64,000 bases of DNA. Source: Podarcis gaigeae. Lineage: Eukaryota. Position 1 is the stretch's first letter, and each line of letters starts with the position of its first letter. The notes under the pieces were generated by a model, which was given only the letters and a program-made list of their open reading frames with translations, was not told where the DNA came from and did no database searches. Shown here one piece after another: positions 12,849 to 24,897 of this stretch. The DNA lies in NCBI GenBank assembly GCA_964106915.2, contig OZ066922.1; one strand, written 5' to 3'. The position numbers and the translations under genes are program-made.

Positions 12849-14343
12849 GTATTGATTTAAAACAGGCATGGGTTTCTTGAAGTATCTGGAGCACAAACCA
12901 GTTAGAACATGCCTGGAGCACTCTCTCCCCCACAATCCATATATTTCTCTGCTGAGCCAATACTGGAAAGGGAAAATGTTTTACTCAATTTTAAATATAG
13001 GAACTGCAAATGTCGTGCCAGACATTTCTGCCTCATTAAGCGGAAGCCATCAGTGAAAGTGAGAAAGGCAATACCCTTTTTTAAAAAGAGAAATTAGTGG
13101 GAAACTTGCAAACGCTCTGAAACACACACACGTGTGTGTGTCTTGGTTGCAAACTAAGTTAGTTGTACTTAGGTCCCATTGGAAGCAATGTGAAATAAAT
13201 TTCATTGTAATCAATCAATGGGACCTAATTATGAATAATTTAGATGGGATCCAACTCTCTGTCTTTATCAGATTGTTCCTTTGCCTGACACTGTTGGCCT
13301 GATCAGAGACTTTTTAAAGAGAACTTACTGTCCTCTGAACCAAACCTTGGGAACCTCCTGAGATTGCTTTTCTGAATACACTCACTTATCATCACTGTTG
13401 TTGGTTTGTACCATTATGACCAGACAAAAGTAGCAAATTGGAATTGTGCAAATGCAGGCAGTGTTGAATATGATTTAACCTGGTGCATTTCAAACCACAG
13501 TTGCTATTCTGTCAGGGGATATACTTACTGATTAGCTTCAGTAAAGGAGACTTGCTGGCCCCTGTGTAGAAAGACCATACCTTATAAAGTTTGAATAAAT
13601 ACCTTTAATTTAAGTTTTTTAGTAGGAACACTGTAATACACACACACACACACATACACACTGTGTTGAGATAACATTTGTGGTTTGCACAGTGAGTACT
13701 GTGCAAGTTATGCACAAGATTGCATAGTATTAAGGAGATTTGCACATTTTGTAGTTTGCCACTTTTAATTTGTTTTTGAAATGGTGCAGCCTCCTTTTTC
13801 CAATATTCCTTCCTCAATTATGGGCCTTCATCAAGACCTCTGTTGCCAGATAAATATAAGATTCATAGCACATTGCCAAAAAGAAGGTAACTTTAGTTAG
13901 TTTTAAAGAATCCTCTAGTAGTTTTTCCTGATTATGCAACTGTTGGGTTATGATTCTTGGAAGTGCTTGAGACGGTTAGAAAGATTTGCACCAAAGCAAT
14001 TCCTGCTGTGATTTGATAACCTTTCTGAAAAATCAATTGATAGATTAAACCATTTATCATGTTTTGTGTGGCCTGTATTCTTACAAGCACAGGAACTCTT
14101 TCGGCTATTAGGGAATGATAAATTTGTGGCTGAGGAATGGGCGTCGACAAGAAGCCTCTTCTAAGTGTAAACACTTGTGCTGCTTGTTGAATTCCTGAGG
14201 TATATTAGCATTAGCTGAAGTACATGTGCTCAGGCTGAGAACAATGAATGTCCTAGAAAAAGTAAAGTATATTTTCAATAAATAAGAGCAGTATTAGTGC
14301 TATTTGCTTGTTTCGCTTTTCAAACTTTGTTCTTTTGTTTCAG

Positions 14344-15184
14344 GTAATCCCACTTCCCCAAGGGAGATCTGTTCCCTCCCCAAACATCAGACATTTTGTC
14401 CTACCAGAAAATTTTAGGCCTGCGCAAATGCTGGGCTCTCTAAAATTACCTCATCAGCACTCATATTCCAACAGAAAACAGCATTTTAGCATATTTGAAG
14501 AAGATTCTGATGCTCCATTTGAAATCAGCAGTGCTACTGGGGATCTGTTTCTTTCCAAGGAACTTGATTATGAAACAGCATCTCACTACTTCCTTAGAGT
14601 TGTTGTGAACGAATACCTGAATAGTTCTCCACAGAATAATACTTTTTTCCTCAGTATTGATGTCAAAGATGAAAACGACCACTCACCATCTTTCCAGGAT
14701 GACTTTGTTGTAATTGGGATAGAGGAGAATGTGCCTGTTGGCACCTTGGTGTACACATTTAATGCAAAAGATGGAGATGGAAGTTTTTTAAACAGCAACC
14801 TTCAGTATTCTATACACGGGAATGACTTCGCTGAAAATCCCTTTCTCATTCACCCCTCTTACGGTAGCTTAATCACAGCAGTTCCCCTTGACCGAGAGAT
14901 GACTCCATTTGTTGTCCTGACAGTATCAGCAACAGATCAGGCTGCAAACTTGACTGATCGCAGGCAGAGTTCATTGACAGCAAAAGTCATGATTTTAGAT
15001 GTCAACGATAACAACCCTAGCTTCGTTTCATCTCCTCTTTCCTACGTTAGAGAAGACGCAGAGGTAGGCTCATTAGTGCATCACATACTTGCACGGGATC
15101 CAGACCAAGGAAGGAATGGACAAGTCACATACCATCTTCTCTCGAATAATGAAGACCATCCATTTGTAATAGATAAAACTGCAG
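14344..15184 (+). CDS. DCHS2: DCHS2 coding exon
   Basis: tttcag|GTA to GCAG|gtaagg, 841 nt, phase 0-1; LDYE, DENDHSPSF, LDRE, DVNDNNPSF. Confidence 0.96.
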
Positions 15185-16017
15185 GTAAGGGTAAAAAGGG
15201 CTAAGTTAGCCCATAGAAGTCGCACTGGGAATTCTTTCCATCTCCTTTTTTTTTAAAAAAATTGAACTCTTGAAAGCAACTTTTTGATTGAACATAGAAC
15301 AAAAGTGTTGTGGAAACTTGTAAACATTCACCAGCTTCCTCACAGAATTTAACATATGGTCCAATTGAGTGTCAGTCTCAGCCCCAGTGACAAAGTGTCA
15401 AGGAAAGAAGCAAACAGGCAAGTTAAGCACCTCTGTAAGGGAAAAGGCACATACTAGTAATTTATTTAGCAGCACTTGGCCCACAATCCAGAATCGGAAG
15501 CAATGGTTTGAAGCACATTTGCAAACTATGCTTTGAGCTCTGATTTGTGCAAACAAAAAGCAGGTTACAAATGGAGAAGGTCAGCAGGGATATGGGAGCT
15601 ATCTAGTGTATCACACAGGGTGTGTGAAAATAAGGCATAGGTGTTTGTTCCCTTGAGGCCAGTTTTTCCAGCTGACCTGGAGAAGTTGAGGCAGAAAGTC
15701 TTATGTAATATCTCTTCTGCTGCAGTGGAGAATGAGTTGCTCAAGGAAGGGGGGGTGTCATTTTGATGAAAATGGAAGTGATCCCTTAAAGGGGACTTTT
15801 TCCTTGTGGATATAGCAGGCAAAGGCAAATCTTCTTTATGGTAATGTTTTCTCTGTACTTTAGCAATTCAGACCTTGGTTTGGCATCTGAACTATAGTTT
15901 GCACAAACCATTGATTTGACATGAGAGCTGAACTGAGCCATAGAAAAGCTTTACTGAAACACCAACTGCATTGGAAGAAATTTGATATCCTTACGACAAT
16001 TTTCCCTCTCACAACAG

Positions 16018-16257
16018 GACTGCTAACTACCGCCTTTGCTTTGGATCATGAACACCAAGAATATTACAACCTGACCGTTGTGGCCCTCGATAATGGTACC
16101 CCAGCTCTGTCTGCAACTCAGAGTCTGACAATAATTGTTGTTGATGTGAATGACGAAGTTCCAGTGTTTACCAGATCTCTATATGAATCTTTCATCTGTG
16201 AAAATGAAGATCCAGGAGCAGTTGTCATTAAAGTTGAAGCCATAGATAAAGATTCAG
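16018..16257 (+). CDS. DCHS2: DCHS2 coding exon
   Basis: caacag|GA to TCAG|gtagt, 240 nt, phase 1-1; LDHE, DNGTPAL, DVNDEVPVF, AIDKDSG. Confidence 0.95.
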
Positions 16258-18077
16258 GTAGTTTGCTTTCTACAAAAAATTGACAAATTCACAGTATTTT
16301 GACATCAACCTTTGAATAGATTTCCAAGCATAACTGAGTATTTAGTGTTTTGAGGAACACTCTTCTTGGCCATTTATTTTTTTCTATCTCAAAAGCATTT
16401 TTTTTAAAATAAGTGACACGTTTAATAGAAATTGAAAACATGCCTTAATATTATTTGGCCAGAGTGGGGCGCTGTAATCCCAGCATCTGTTTTTTCTCTC
16501 CATTATAGCTAAAAAGAGATTGTGACCTACAGGAGCGAACCTTTTCTAAACATAAAAAGTAACAGCACAAACACTTCCTTTGCATTTTAATGTTCCCCAA
16601 ATACTAATGTTAGAAGTAAAAGGAGAGGTTCAGCTCCTGTGGAATTTTCCCTAAGCAAAAATACTTCCAAAATTCAAGTTTACAGCATTGGTTGCATCTG
16701 TTAATGTCCCACGAATTTTAGTGGGATTTAAGTTTAAAGATTTAAGTTTAAGTTGTGTGGTGGATGCTATTACAAGAATCCAGGAAGGACCTAGGAATTT
16801 GCTCTTGGGGTTCCATGAAATAGCACTACCCGTGAAGAGTTCCAAAGTCATGCTTTGCAGAGTTCCAAAATATGCTTGCAGAGATAATAGAATAAAAACA
16901 CTCCCCTGGAGGCAAATCACCACAATCGCCACAAATTTATACATAGACTTGGATCGCAAGTTATGTACAAGTAACCTTAAAGTGGAGCAGCTAGCTGGTG
17001 GACCTGTGTGGTTCCAGATCATCATATTGCATTGTTTTTAATGTTGCTGTTAACTACAGCAGTATAAGCAAGGCTACTTAAAAGACGGAGGCTTGAGTAC
17101 AAAGAGATGCACTGGTGGTGGTTTCATCAGGGCAACATTTTGGACAGGTCTCCAGGGTCTCACTTAAAAGAATAGGCAGGTCCCAGACACAGCATTGCTG
17201 ACTTACCTGTTTTTGAGTGAGGCAATTCAAATTAACTTCCAAAGAGGAACCCCTACCATATCAATAAGCTGCATTGAATCCAGAATATAAAATGGCCTAA
17301 TTGTGCCATTTTGTACTTTGCAAGAGGTGGGGTTTCTCAGTATCTCCCTTGGAAAACCTCCTCAAACCCCGTGTAGCGCTTAGCAAGCTGGTCCCCAAAC
17401 TGAATCTGTCTGTCTGTCTGTATCTGTAATACAGACAAATATTTAACTTTTACCTAGCTGCAAGTCATATACAATAACCTGAGATGCATACTTGTTATCC
17501 TCTCTGCAAAATGTAGGATTAAATCCATTATACTTAATAGCACCAGTTATTTTGCTGTATAACACGTTATGAAAATGGTGCCATGCTTTCCTCAGGAGAG
17601 CACTGAAACCACAAGAAATATGGGAACAATTTATTCTGAAGCAATAAAGGATGTGAATGGGAAACAGAGTTCCCACTACAGAAGGCATACAGCTATAGTA
17701 AGAAGCAAACAGCTGCTAAAGTTCATAAACAACATTTTCTCCCGCAGCACTGAGGAGAGTGGTATTGATTTTGCATGGTAACGAAGTATTACGGAACGCC
17801 ATATAAACTGTAGTTGCAGCTACCCCATTCTTAAGTAAAGTGCTCAAATAACAATCAAGAAGGCAAGGTTCTCAAGTAGTGAAACACACCTCCTTTAGGT
17901 GGCTGGGCATTTGCTGGATGATGACAAGTGCATTCTAGATCAGAGTTATCAGTCTTTTCATGCTGAGGTCCATGTGTAGGGTGAAAGACTGAATCTGTAG
18001 TGGAATTGAGGGGGGCAAGATTAAATGAGGGGAGAACCACCTTGAGATCCTTGGAGAAAAAGGTGGAACGTAAGTGC

Positions 18078-18117
18078 AAACAAACAAACAAACAAACAAA
18101 CAAACAAACAAACAAAA
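18078..18117. repeat. (AAAC)n microsatellite
   Basis: direct inspection. Confidence 0.95.
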
Positions 18118-19112
18118 ACAGTATGTTTGGCTTGTGATTCTTATTGTAGTTGCCAACACCATGTGTCCCATAGCCAATTTTCAGTTGGTTTCACCACAAA
18201 GTCATTTAAAATATCACCTCATAATGTGCTAAGAATAGTGTATTTAAACTACCCTATTTTTAGTATGAGGTTGTTTATTAAGGCTGCTTCTGCTGCTTGT
18301 GGGCAATGCAGAAATACAGGGGCTACATGTCCATAACAACTTGGAAAGCTGTTGTATACAGAGTCGGTCGCCTAGCCCAATATTGGTTGCCTACCCAATA
18401 TTGGCTTCTCCGAGTGGCTGCAGCTGAATTTAGGCAGGGGTCATTCACCTCCTTATCTACCTGGTGCTTTTTAAATAGAGGTCCTGGGTATTCATGCAAA
18501 ACATGTGCTCTATCTCAGAGCTACATTTTCCCTCCATTAAGAGATAAACAAGACTTGTATGAATTCCCTCTTACTCTCTTAAATTGGTTAGGGCATACAC
18601 ATAAATGTTCTCCTTACTGGGTACTTCTGACTTACAGAGATTTCCAGATTACTAGATCTTGTACACCAGTACACCAGTGTGTTGTTTACTGTATTCTGGT
18701 TTGTATTGCATAAAACTACAACACTGGCTCTGCCTGATTAGGTAGGGGTTTCTTAGATGGTCACCTGAGGAGCTACATGGCAAGCACCTTTTAATATTTG
18801 GAGAATTAGGAATGATGTCTAATGCAGTATAACTTGGCAAGAAAAAACTCGCACTAGACTCACACAAGTTCTTGGTGCGAGCCAGCAAGAGTTCTCCAGA
18901 TTTTTATAAATAGGTTTATGTTTGTCTTTCAGTTCATTACTAAAGCTGTGCTGAGCTTTTTGGTTTTATACAAGCGATTCTATACAAGTAATAATGAATT
19001 CAGTTACCAAAATATTTCCATAGGAAAATAGCTAGTAAGCCAGTACCTGGACTATTAATACTGAGGTTTGATACACTTAGATGATTTATTGGTTTTCCCA
19101 TTGTATTTTAAG

Positions 19113-19247
19113 GAATCAATTCTCTACTCCAGTATGAAATTTTACCAGGTCCTGGATATGAAACTTTTCAAATAAACCCAGATACTGGAGAGATTACAAC
19201 AGTCACCTCGCTTGACAGGGAGGCGCAAGATAAATTCACTATTAAAG
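19113..19247 (+). CDS. DCHS2: DCHS2 coding exon (not in ORF track)
   Basis: ttttaag|GA to AAAG|gtaaga, 135 nt, phase 1-1; INSLLQYEILPGPGYETFQINPDTGEITTVTSLDREAQ. Confidence 0.93.
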
Positions 19248-19505
19248 GTAAGAATCTACTTCAGTTTAATGGGTGTTGCACAAAATTTGCAAGTAAATCA
19301 GTGTGTTTTTTTAAAAAAAACCCTGAGATTTTAATAGAAGTTGTTACTTATTGTCTCTATGCCAGGGCAACAAAATTTAATGAAACAAAAGCAGTGCAAT
19401 GTGTTCAGAAACATAAAGTTGTGTTGTGTCTTAGGAGGAACAGCATGCAAAGTTTGTTGTTCTCACGTTGTTGGTAGGCAGTCTACTGTACCTTGCTTTT
19501 GTATA

Positions 19506-19532
19506 AAAGGTAAAGGTAAAGGGACCCCTGAC
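19506..19532 (-). mobile_element. 27-bp Sauria SINE 3' tail remnant
   Basis: aaaggtaaaggtaaagggacccctgac is the reverse complement of the SINE end gtcaggggtccctttacctt seen at 2231-2250. Confidence 0.75.
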
Positions 19533-19560
19533 TAGCTTTCAAATGTGCTTTTCTATTTAG

Positions 19561-19770
19561 TTCTGGTTCAAGACAGTGGAACTCCCATTTTATCCAGTAC
19601 AGCGACAGTAATCTTCAGAGTACTGGATGAAAATGACCACGCTCCCAAGTTCATCCTTCCAGTTTCTGAGATCCAGATTATGGAGAACCAAGAGCCTTCA
19701 ACAGTATCAACTGTGTTGGCTGTAGACAAGGACGCTGGTGGTAATGGGACTGTGCAATATCACATCATTG
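19561..19770 (+). CDS. DCHS2: DCHS2 coding exon
   Basis: tatttag|TT to ATTG|gtagg, 210 nt, phase 1-1; QDSGTPIL, DENDHAPKF, AVDKDAG. Confidence 0.94.
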
Positions 19771-20444
19771 GTAGGCTGAATTGCTTTATACTCTGAATAT
19801 TAAAAATGTCGCAGTGTAATATTTTCTGATCTCTTTAGAGGTTTTAATTTATTTTATTATTTAAATTCCCCCACCCCACATGGTATTTATCTTGCAGTGG
19901 CATGGTTGAACAAAATGGGAAATAGGCCTGCAATGAGGAGGGGTGGTGTTCTTCTTGTCTGGATAAGGAAAAATAACTATAAGGGTCCCTAGTAGCCAAA
20001 GCATAAACAGTAACAACCCAGAATATAAGAAACGATAGATATAGATATTACAACACTAAACATCTTTGCTTCCCATAGGTAAACTTTTGGTAGAGTAGCA
20101 AGTCAAAATAACTTCTTTTGTTAACAATTTTTGTAGATTCCATTGTGTAACTGAAGTTGGCAAAAGAGTACTTTGCTCAGAAGCAATAGATCTTGCAAGT
20201 TTGATTTGAGGAGGACAGAGGGGAAGAGAATCTATTTGGCAGAATAGTTGCTATTTAAATTCAGGTGGTGCTTTGGATCTACTACCGTGACCTGATTTAG
20301 ATGAAATGCAGGTATCAGGAAAGCATACCTTAGTTGCAAAAATTTTACTATCAGGTGGATTGGTGTTGTTGTTTTTAAGTGGTCCTTTAAAGAGAATGCT
20401 CAACCAATGTGTTCTTTTTCTTTAATGTTTGCTCCATTTTAAAG

Positions 20445-21302
20445 GTGGAAATGTTAGAGGATACTTTGCATTACACAAAACATCAGGAGACCTCTTCACC
20501 ACTTGCAGCTTAGACAGAGAAACTGACAGCAACTTTACCCTGGTTATTGAGTGTTTCGACTTGGGCAGTCCACCAAAAAGCTCGGTGACCCAATTGCATA
20601 TCAAAGTCCTGGATGAAAATGACAACAGTCCCTTGTTTGCAAGAAACCAGTATCAAGTGTCAGTGAGAGAAGATATTGGAGAACGGTCAGCAGTTCTTGA
20701 ACTTTTTGCAGCAGATGCAGATGAGGGTCCAAATGGTGAGGTCACATACTCTCTCACAGAGGACATCCTTGGAGCCTTCACCATTGACAGGATTACTGGT
20801 GTGATATTTACTACCAAACCGCTGGACCGGGAATTAAAATCTCAGTATGTATTTAAGGCTTTGGCAACAGACTCTGGCATCCTCGGACCAAGAAGCACGA
20901 GTGTTACTGTAATTGTGCATATTGAGGATCTCAATGACAATAGTCCCTTTTTCCTACAGAATCCTGTCATTGTTCATGTATCTTCTCACACACCTATAAA
21001 TCAGACATTGGCTACTGTGAGAGCCAGCGATGTTGACCTAGGACTAAACGGAGTTGTGAATTTTAGGTTCCTGAAACCACAAACCATGTTTCAGATGGGC
21101 CCAAGCACGGGAGAAATTTTTCTTCGAGAACCTGTACCTCATGAAGGCCTCGTTTCACACCTCCTGATAGTGGCTTCTGATCAAGGAGTTGCAGCTAGAA
21201 CAGCGACTGCACTTTTGGCCGTCTATTCAGAAGCACAGGCAGAGATTATTTCGTTCAGCCGTACTGAATATGAAGCAGCAGTTCCTGAAAATAGTGAAAT
21301 AG
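20445..21302 (+). CDS. DCHS2: DCHS2 coding exon
   Basis: tttaaag|GT to ATAG|gtggg, 858 nt, phase 1-1; LDRE x2, DENDNSPLF, DLNDNSPFF. Confidence 0.96.
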
Positions 21303-22872
21303 GTGGGTACCTAGTCATGATCTTTGTTTCTGTTCTACAGCCAAAAATGTGTCATTGTGGGGGTTTGTGTAAGGGACATGAAGAACATCTTACAGCAAAT
21401 GCAGTCATGAGTTAATTGTTGGTATTTGAATAGGAATTTTACATTTTTGAGGACTGAGTCTGAATGGAATCATGCCTGAGTTGTTGCTCGGGTATCTTAT
21501 GTTATTTTTCTGTTCTGTGTGTGTATACTATGCATTCTAGATGAAGAAAGGTGTCGCATCAGACACAGACGCCAATTTTAAATACTGAACATGGTGGGAG
21601 TTGTGTTCACACAAACCAGGTTAGAAATAAATTAGGCTGCATAACTGCCTGAGATCATGTAATCATGGTTTAATGTTACTGTGTAATCAGCAGGTGTACC
21701 TATGAACAAAAGAAAGTGGGGAGATATTGTATTATTTAAATAACCTAGTTGATAGGAGGTACAATTTTTATCGTACCTTTTGCTGTACCTTTTACTAAAA
21801 CCCAGGTTTTAGTACTTGGGAAAATTATTTGCTCAGTGTCTTTCCATTGACAGCTTGTCTAAGCAGCTTTAATTGGAGCTAGTAGTGCTGGTCACCTAGA
21901 AAAGTGGTAGTCAGTGAAGGCCCTTCTTATGATTTCTAGTTTGCAAATATATTTCACTTTCTCTGTTAAATGCAGTAATTTTGTTTTGCATTTCTATACA
22001 TCAGTTGAGCACAACATTTGCTTCATATTGCCCTTACCTGCCTGAATCAGCAGATTGTCTGTGTGTTTGTTCATTTTGAAACAAGGTGATGTTAACTGGG
22101 ATTTCCAACTTCTTGATTGCAGAGATCTGTGGTTCTTCAATCTCTGTGCATGTGTGTGGTGAAAATGTATGGTGCTTTCCTAAGCTCAATGCTAACAGCA
22201 TTCTCTCACAAATTATTATTTTTTTCATCTTTCATGTTTTTTTTTAAACAAGGCTCTTAGTAAATATGTATGTGATTATTAAAATTCAATGAGATAATCT
22301 GTTATTGAAACGGTCTGTTACAAATATGGCTTTGTAAGGGGTGTAGTTTGACATTATGGAAATTCCCTAAGGCGTTGTGGTAAGAGAATAGAAACAGCCT
22401 GCTGCTAAATAGTAATAAACATAAATAAGAATAAATTTGGATAATTTTGATTAAAGCACACTGAGGGAATATTTAGAGTGGAAATGTGGGAGTCTGCCTG
22501 CTTTAACTTGGGAATTGGCTCTTGGAGAGAAACAGTTTGCAGGATAGGATCTAGAAGTTCTTCCGAAGAGATTTAGACTTTTTATTTGCTCTGTTTTGAA
22601 CTTGGTTTGCCCTCATTAATATGGGCAACCAAAAGGGAGAAAGTCAGCATTTAGGAAAATCATTCTTTATACCTTTTCCCACACATGGCAAACTGTGTTC
22701 ATGTATCATCCCAGCCCAACGTGCATTCATTTATTTTTACCACCACTCCTTCTAATGCTGAGCTTGATCCGAAATGGGGCCACTGAACAACAAGAAGGAA
22801 GTAGCCAGCATGCCTGAGGGAAACAAAGATACTTGCAGAAGAACAGGTTCAGAAATTGAACTTGAGAGGGTA

Positions 22873-22922
22873 AAACAAACAAACAAACAAACAAACAAAC
22901 AAACAAACAAACAAACAAACAA
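22873..22922. repeat. (AAAC)n microsatellite
   Basis: direct inspection. Confidence 0.95.
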
Positions 22923-23666
22923 GCATACAATCAAACAGCCTCATAAGGGTTGAGCTGCTTAGTAGCTATGGAACACTGAGCATCTGCTGGAGGAGAAAGG
23001 AGAGATGAAATTGGGCAGTTGAATGGAAGTAGCTGAAGAACAAGATGCACAGTCGCAGCCTCCTGGTAATCTTCAAGATGCCAGCAGCCTAGCTGAAAGA
23101 AAGGGCAAGAAGCACAAAGAAGATAGTCGAAACAGCAAAAGAGGGTGGAGAAAGAGATGCATTAGATATTTTAAAAAAGCAAAGAGAACTATCTCATTAT
23201 TTAGAGAAGTAATTTCTGGGTACACATATTTTAAAATTTCTCCAGGAACAGAAGTGAGGCCTGCCTATAAGAAATCAGTGGAGAAATGCAAGATTTTAAA
23301 TGTAGCTTTGGAAGACGATGGATGAGGCATAGCTCAAGCGAGAGAGGAAAGACAAAGATAAAAAAGGAGGGGAAGAAAAAGCAAAAACCAAGAGCAGAGG
23401 TTGAGGGGAGGAAAAAGGCTGGATGAGCAGCAGAGGAGATGGGGGGGGGGGGAGAGAGAAACTACAGCTTTTCTGAGGAAACCAGAACCTTAGTTTGTCA
23501 AAAAGGCACACTTTAACCATGGGAGGAGCCCACCTCTCCACAGAGGGTGGAGGCAACAGCTTCCTCACCCACAGGCTTAGGGATACACATTTGGATGTGG
23601 GGCCCCACTTGTAATATCTAAATGGCTCCCAGTCCTACATAGCCACATTTTGAATCTGAGGGATAT

Positions 23667-23990
23667 TGTTGGCATTCGTCTGTCTTGAGAGACAATGGAA
23701 TGCGCCTCTGGGGGTGAAGTCAAGCATCCCTCAATGTTAGCAGCACCAAAGTGACCACCCTGGGGTGCAAGCCTTGGCAGTGTGTTTGGAGGTCCTGGGC
23801 AGATGGCAGGACTGTCTTCTCAGCCTGACTGATATGGCCCAAAGGAGAGCAGAGCAATACGTTTGGCACCAACTAGGCTGCAGGAATTGCCAGAAGAAGA
23901 CGTACAACGTGCCATCCAACCACCTCAGAGACTCCACTCTGGATTTGTGTAGGGTTTACTCCTTAGGCTTTTCTTCTCCCAAAGATGTCC
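23667..23990 (-). mobile_element. short non-autonomous RTE-derived element, antisense
   Basis: its 3' end tccattgtctctcaagacagacgaatgccaaca matches the tail of the adjacent RTE copy; no coding similarity in the remainder. Confidence 0.65.
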
Positions 23991-24024
23991 AGCATGGAAA
24001 TTATCAGGCAGGGCAACATTAGGG

Positions 24025-24897
24025 AAATGGCCTTACCATCAGCCTGACAAAGACCAGCATTCAGGGTGAGGGTGTCGCCAGCACTCCATGCGTCAGCATT
24101 AGTGGCCAGACACTTGAGACGGTAGGTGATTTTGTTTACCTGGGCTCCACCATAACCTGCGACATCTCCATTGATGCTGAGCTAGAAAAGCGCATCGGCA
24201 AGGCAGCTGTGGCAATGGCTCATGTCTCCAGAAGGGTATGGGAAAATGTGATGCTAATGTCCAATACCAAGATGAAGGTCTACCAGGCTTGCGTGTTGAG
24301 CTCACTGCTTTATGGAAGTGAGCCGTAGGCAACTTACAGCCATCAGGCATGGCACCTCAATGCCTTCCAAATTCCCTGTGGCAGGAGGATTTTGGGTATC
24401 ACATGGCAGGGCAGAGTTTCAAACAAATATGTGCTTTTACAAGGCCGTATCGCCCAGCATGTTCACACAACTGTCTCAACAACGTCTATTCAGGCTTGGT
24501 CATGTTTACAGAAGATGGCAGGATCCCCAAGGATGTGCTCTATGGGAAGCCAGCTTCAGGCACCAGGCCCATTGGTAGACCAACTGTATTACAAAGATGT
24601 CTGCAAATGTGACAACATCTACCCTGCCATGTGTGAATCCCTTGCAGACAACAGCAGTGCCTGCAGACAGACAGTCAGGCCATGTAGCCGTAGCAGTGAC
24701 CAAAGGAGGAATGACTGCTGGGAGGCGTCCAGAGAGAAGAAACGCTGTGGTGCATCTGCAGCAGCACAACCAGATGCCGTCATCTGCCCCAGCTGCAACA
24801 AAACATGTCTAGAGCAACAGCAGGTCCTGCAACCTTCCAACAGTTGGACCTCACTCCCAACTCCTCCATTGTCTCCCAAGACAGACAGATGCCAACA
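24025..24897 (+). mobile_element. 5'-truncated RTE-clade LINE
   Basis: degenerate ORF GLTISLTKT...FVYLGSTI...IDAELEKRIGKA...TKMKVYQACVLSSLLYGSE, DGRIPKDVLYG and C-terminal CPSC, typical of the RTE post-RT region. Confidence 0.88.

Noticed and set aside
16651-17041. Overlapping 117-124 aa ORFs on both strands in an intron
   Set aside because: No splice context or recognisable motif; probably chance or an old repeat.
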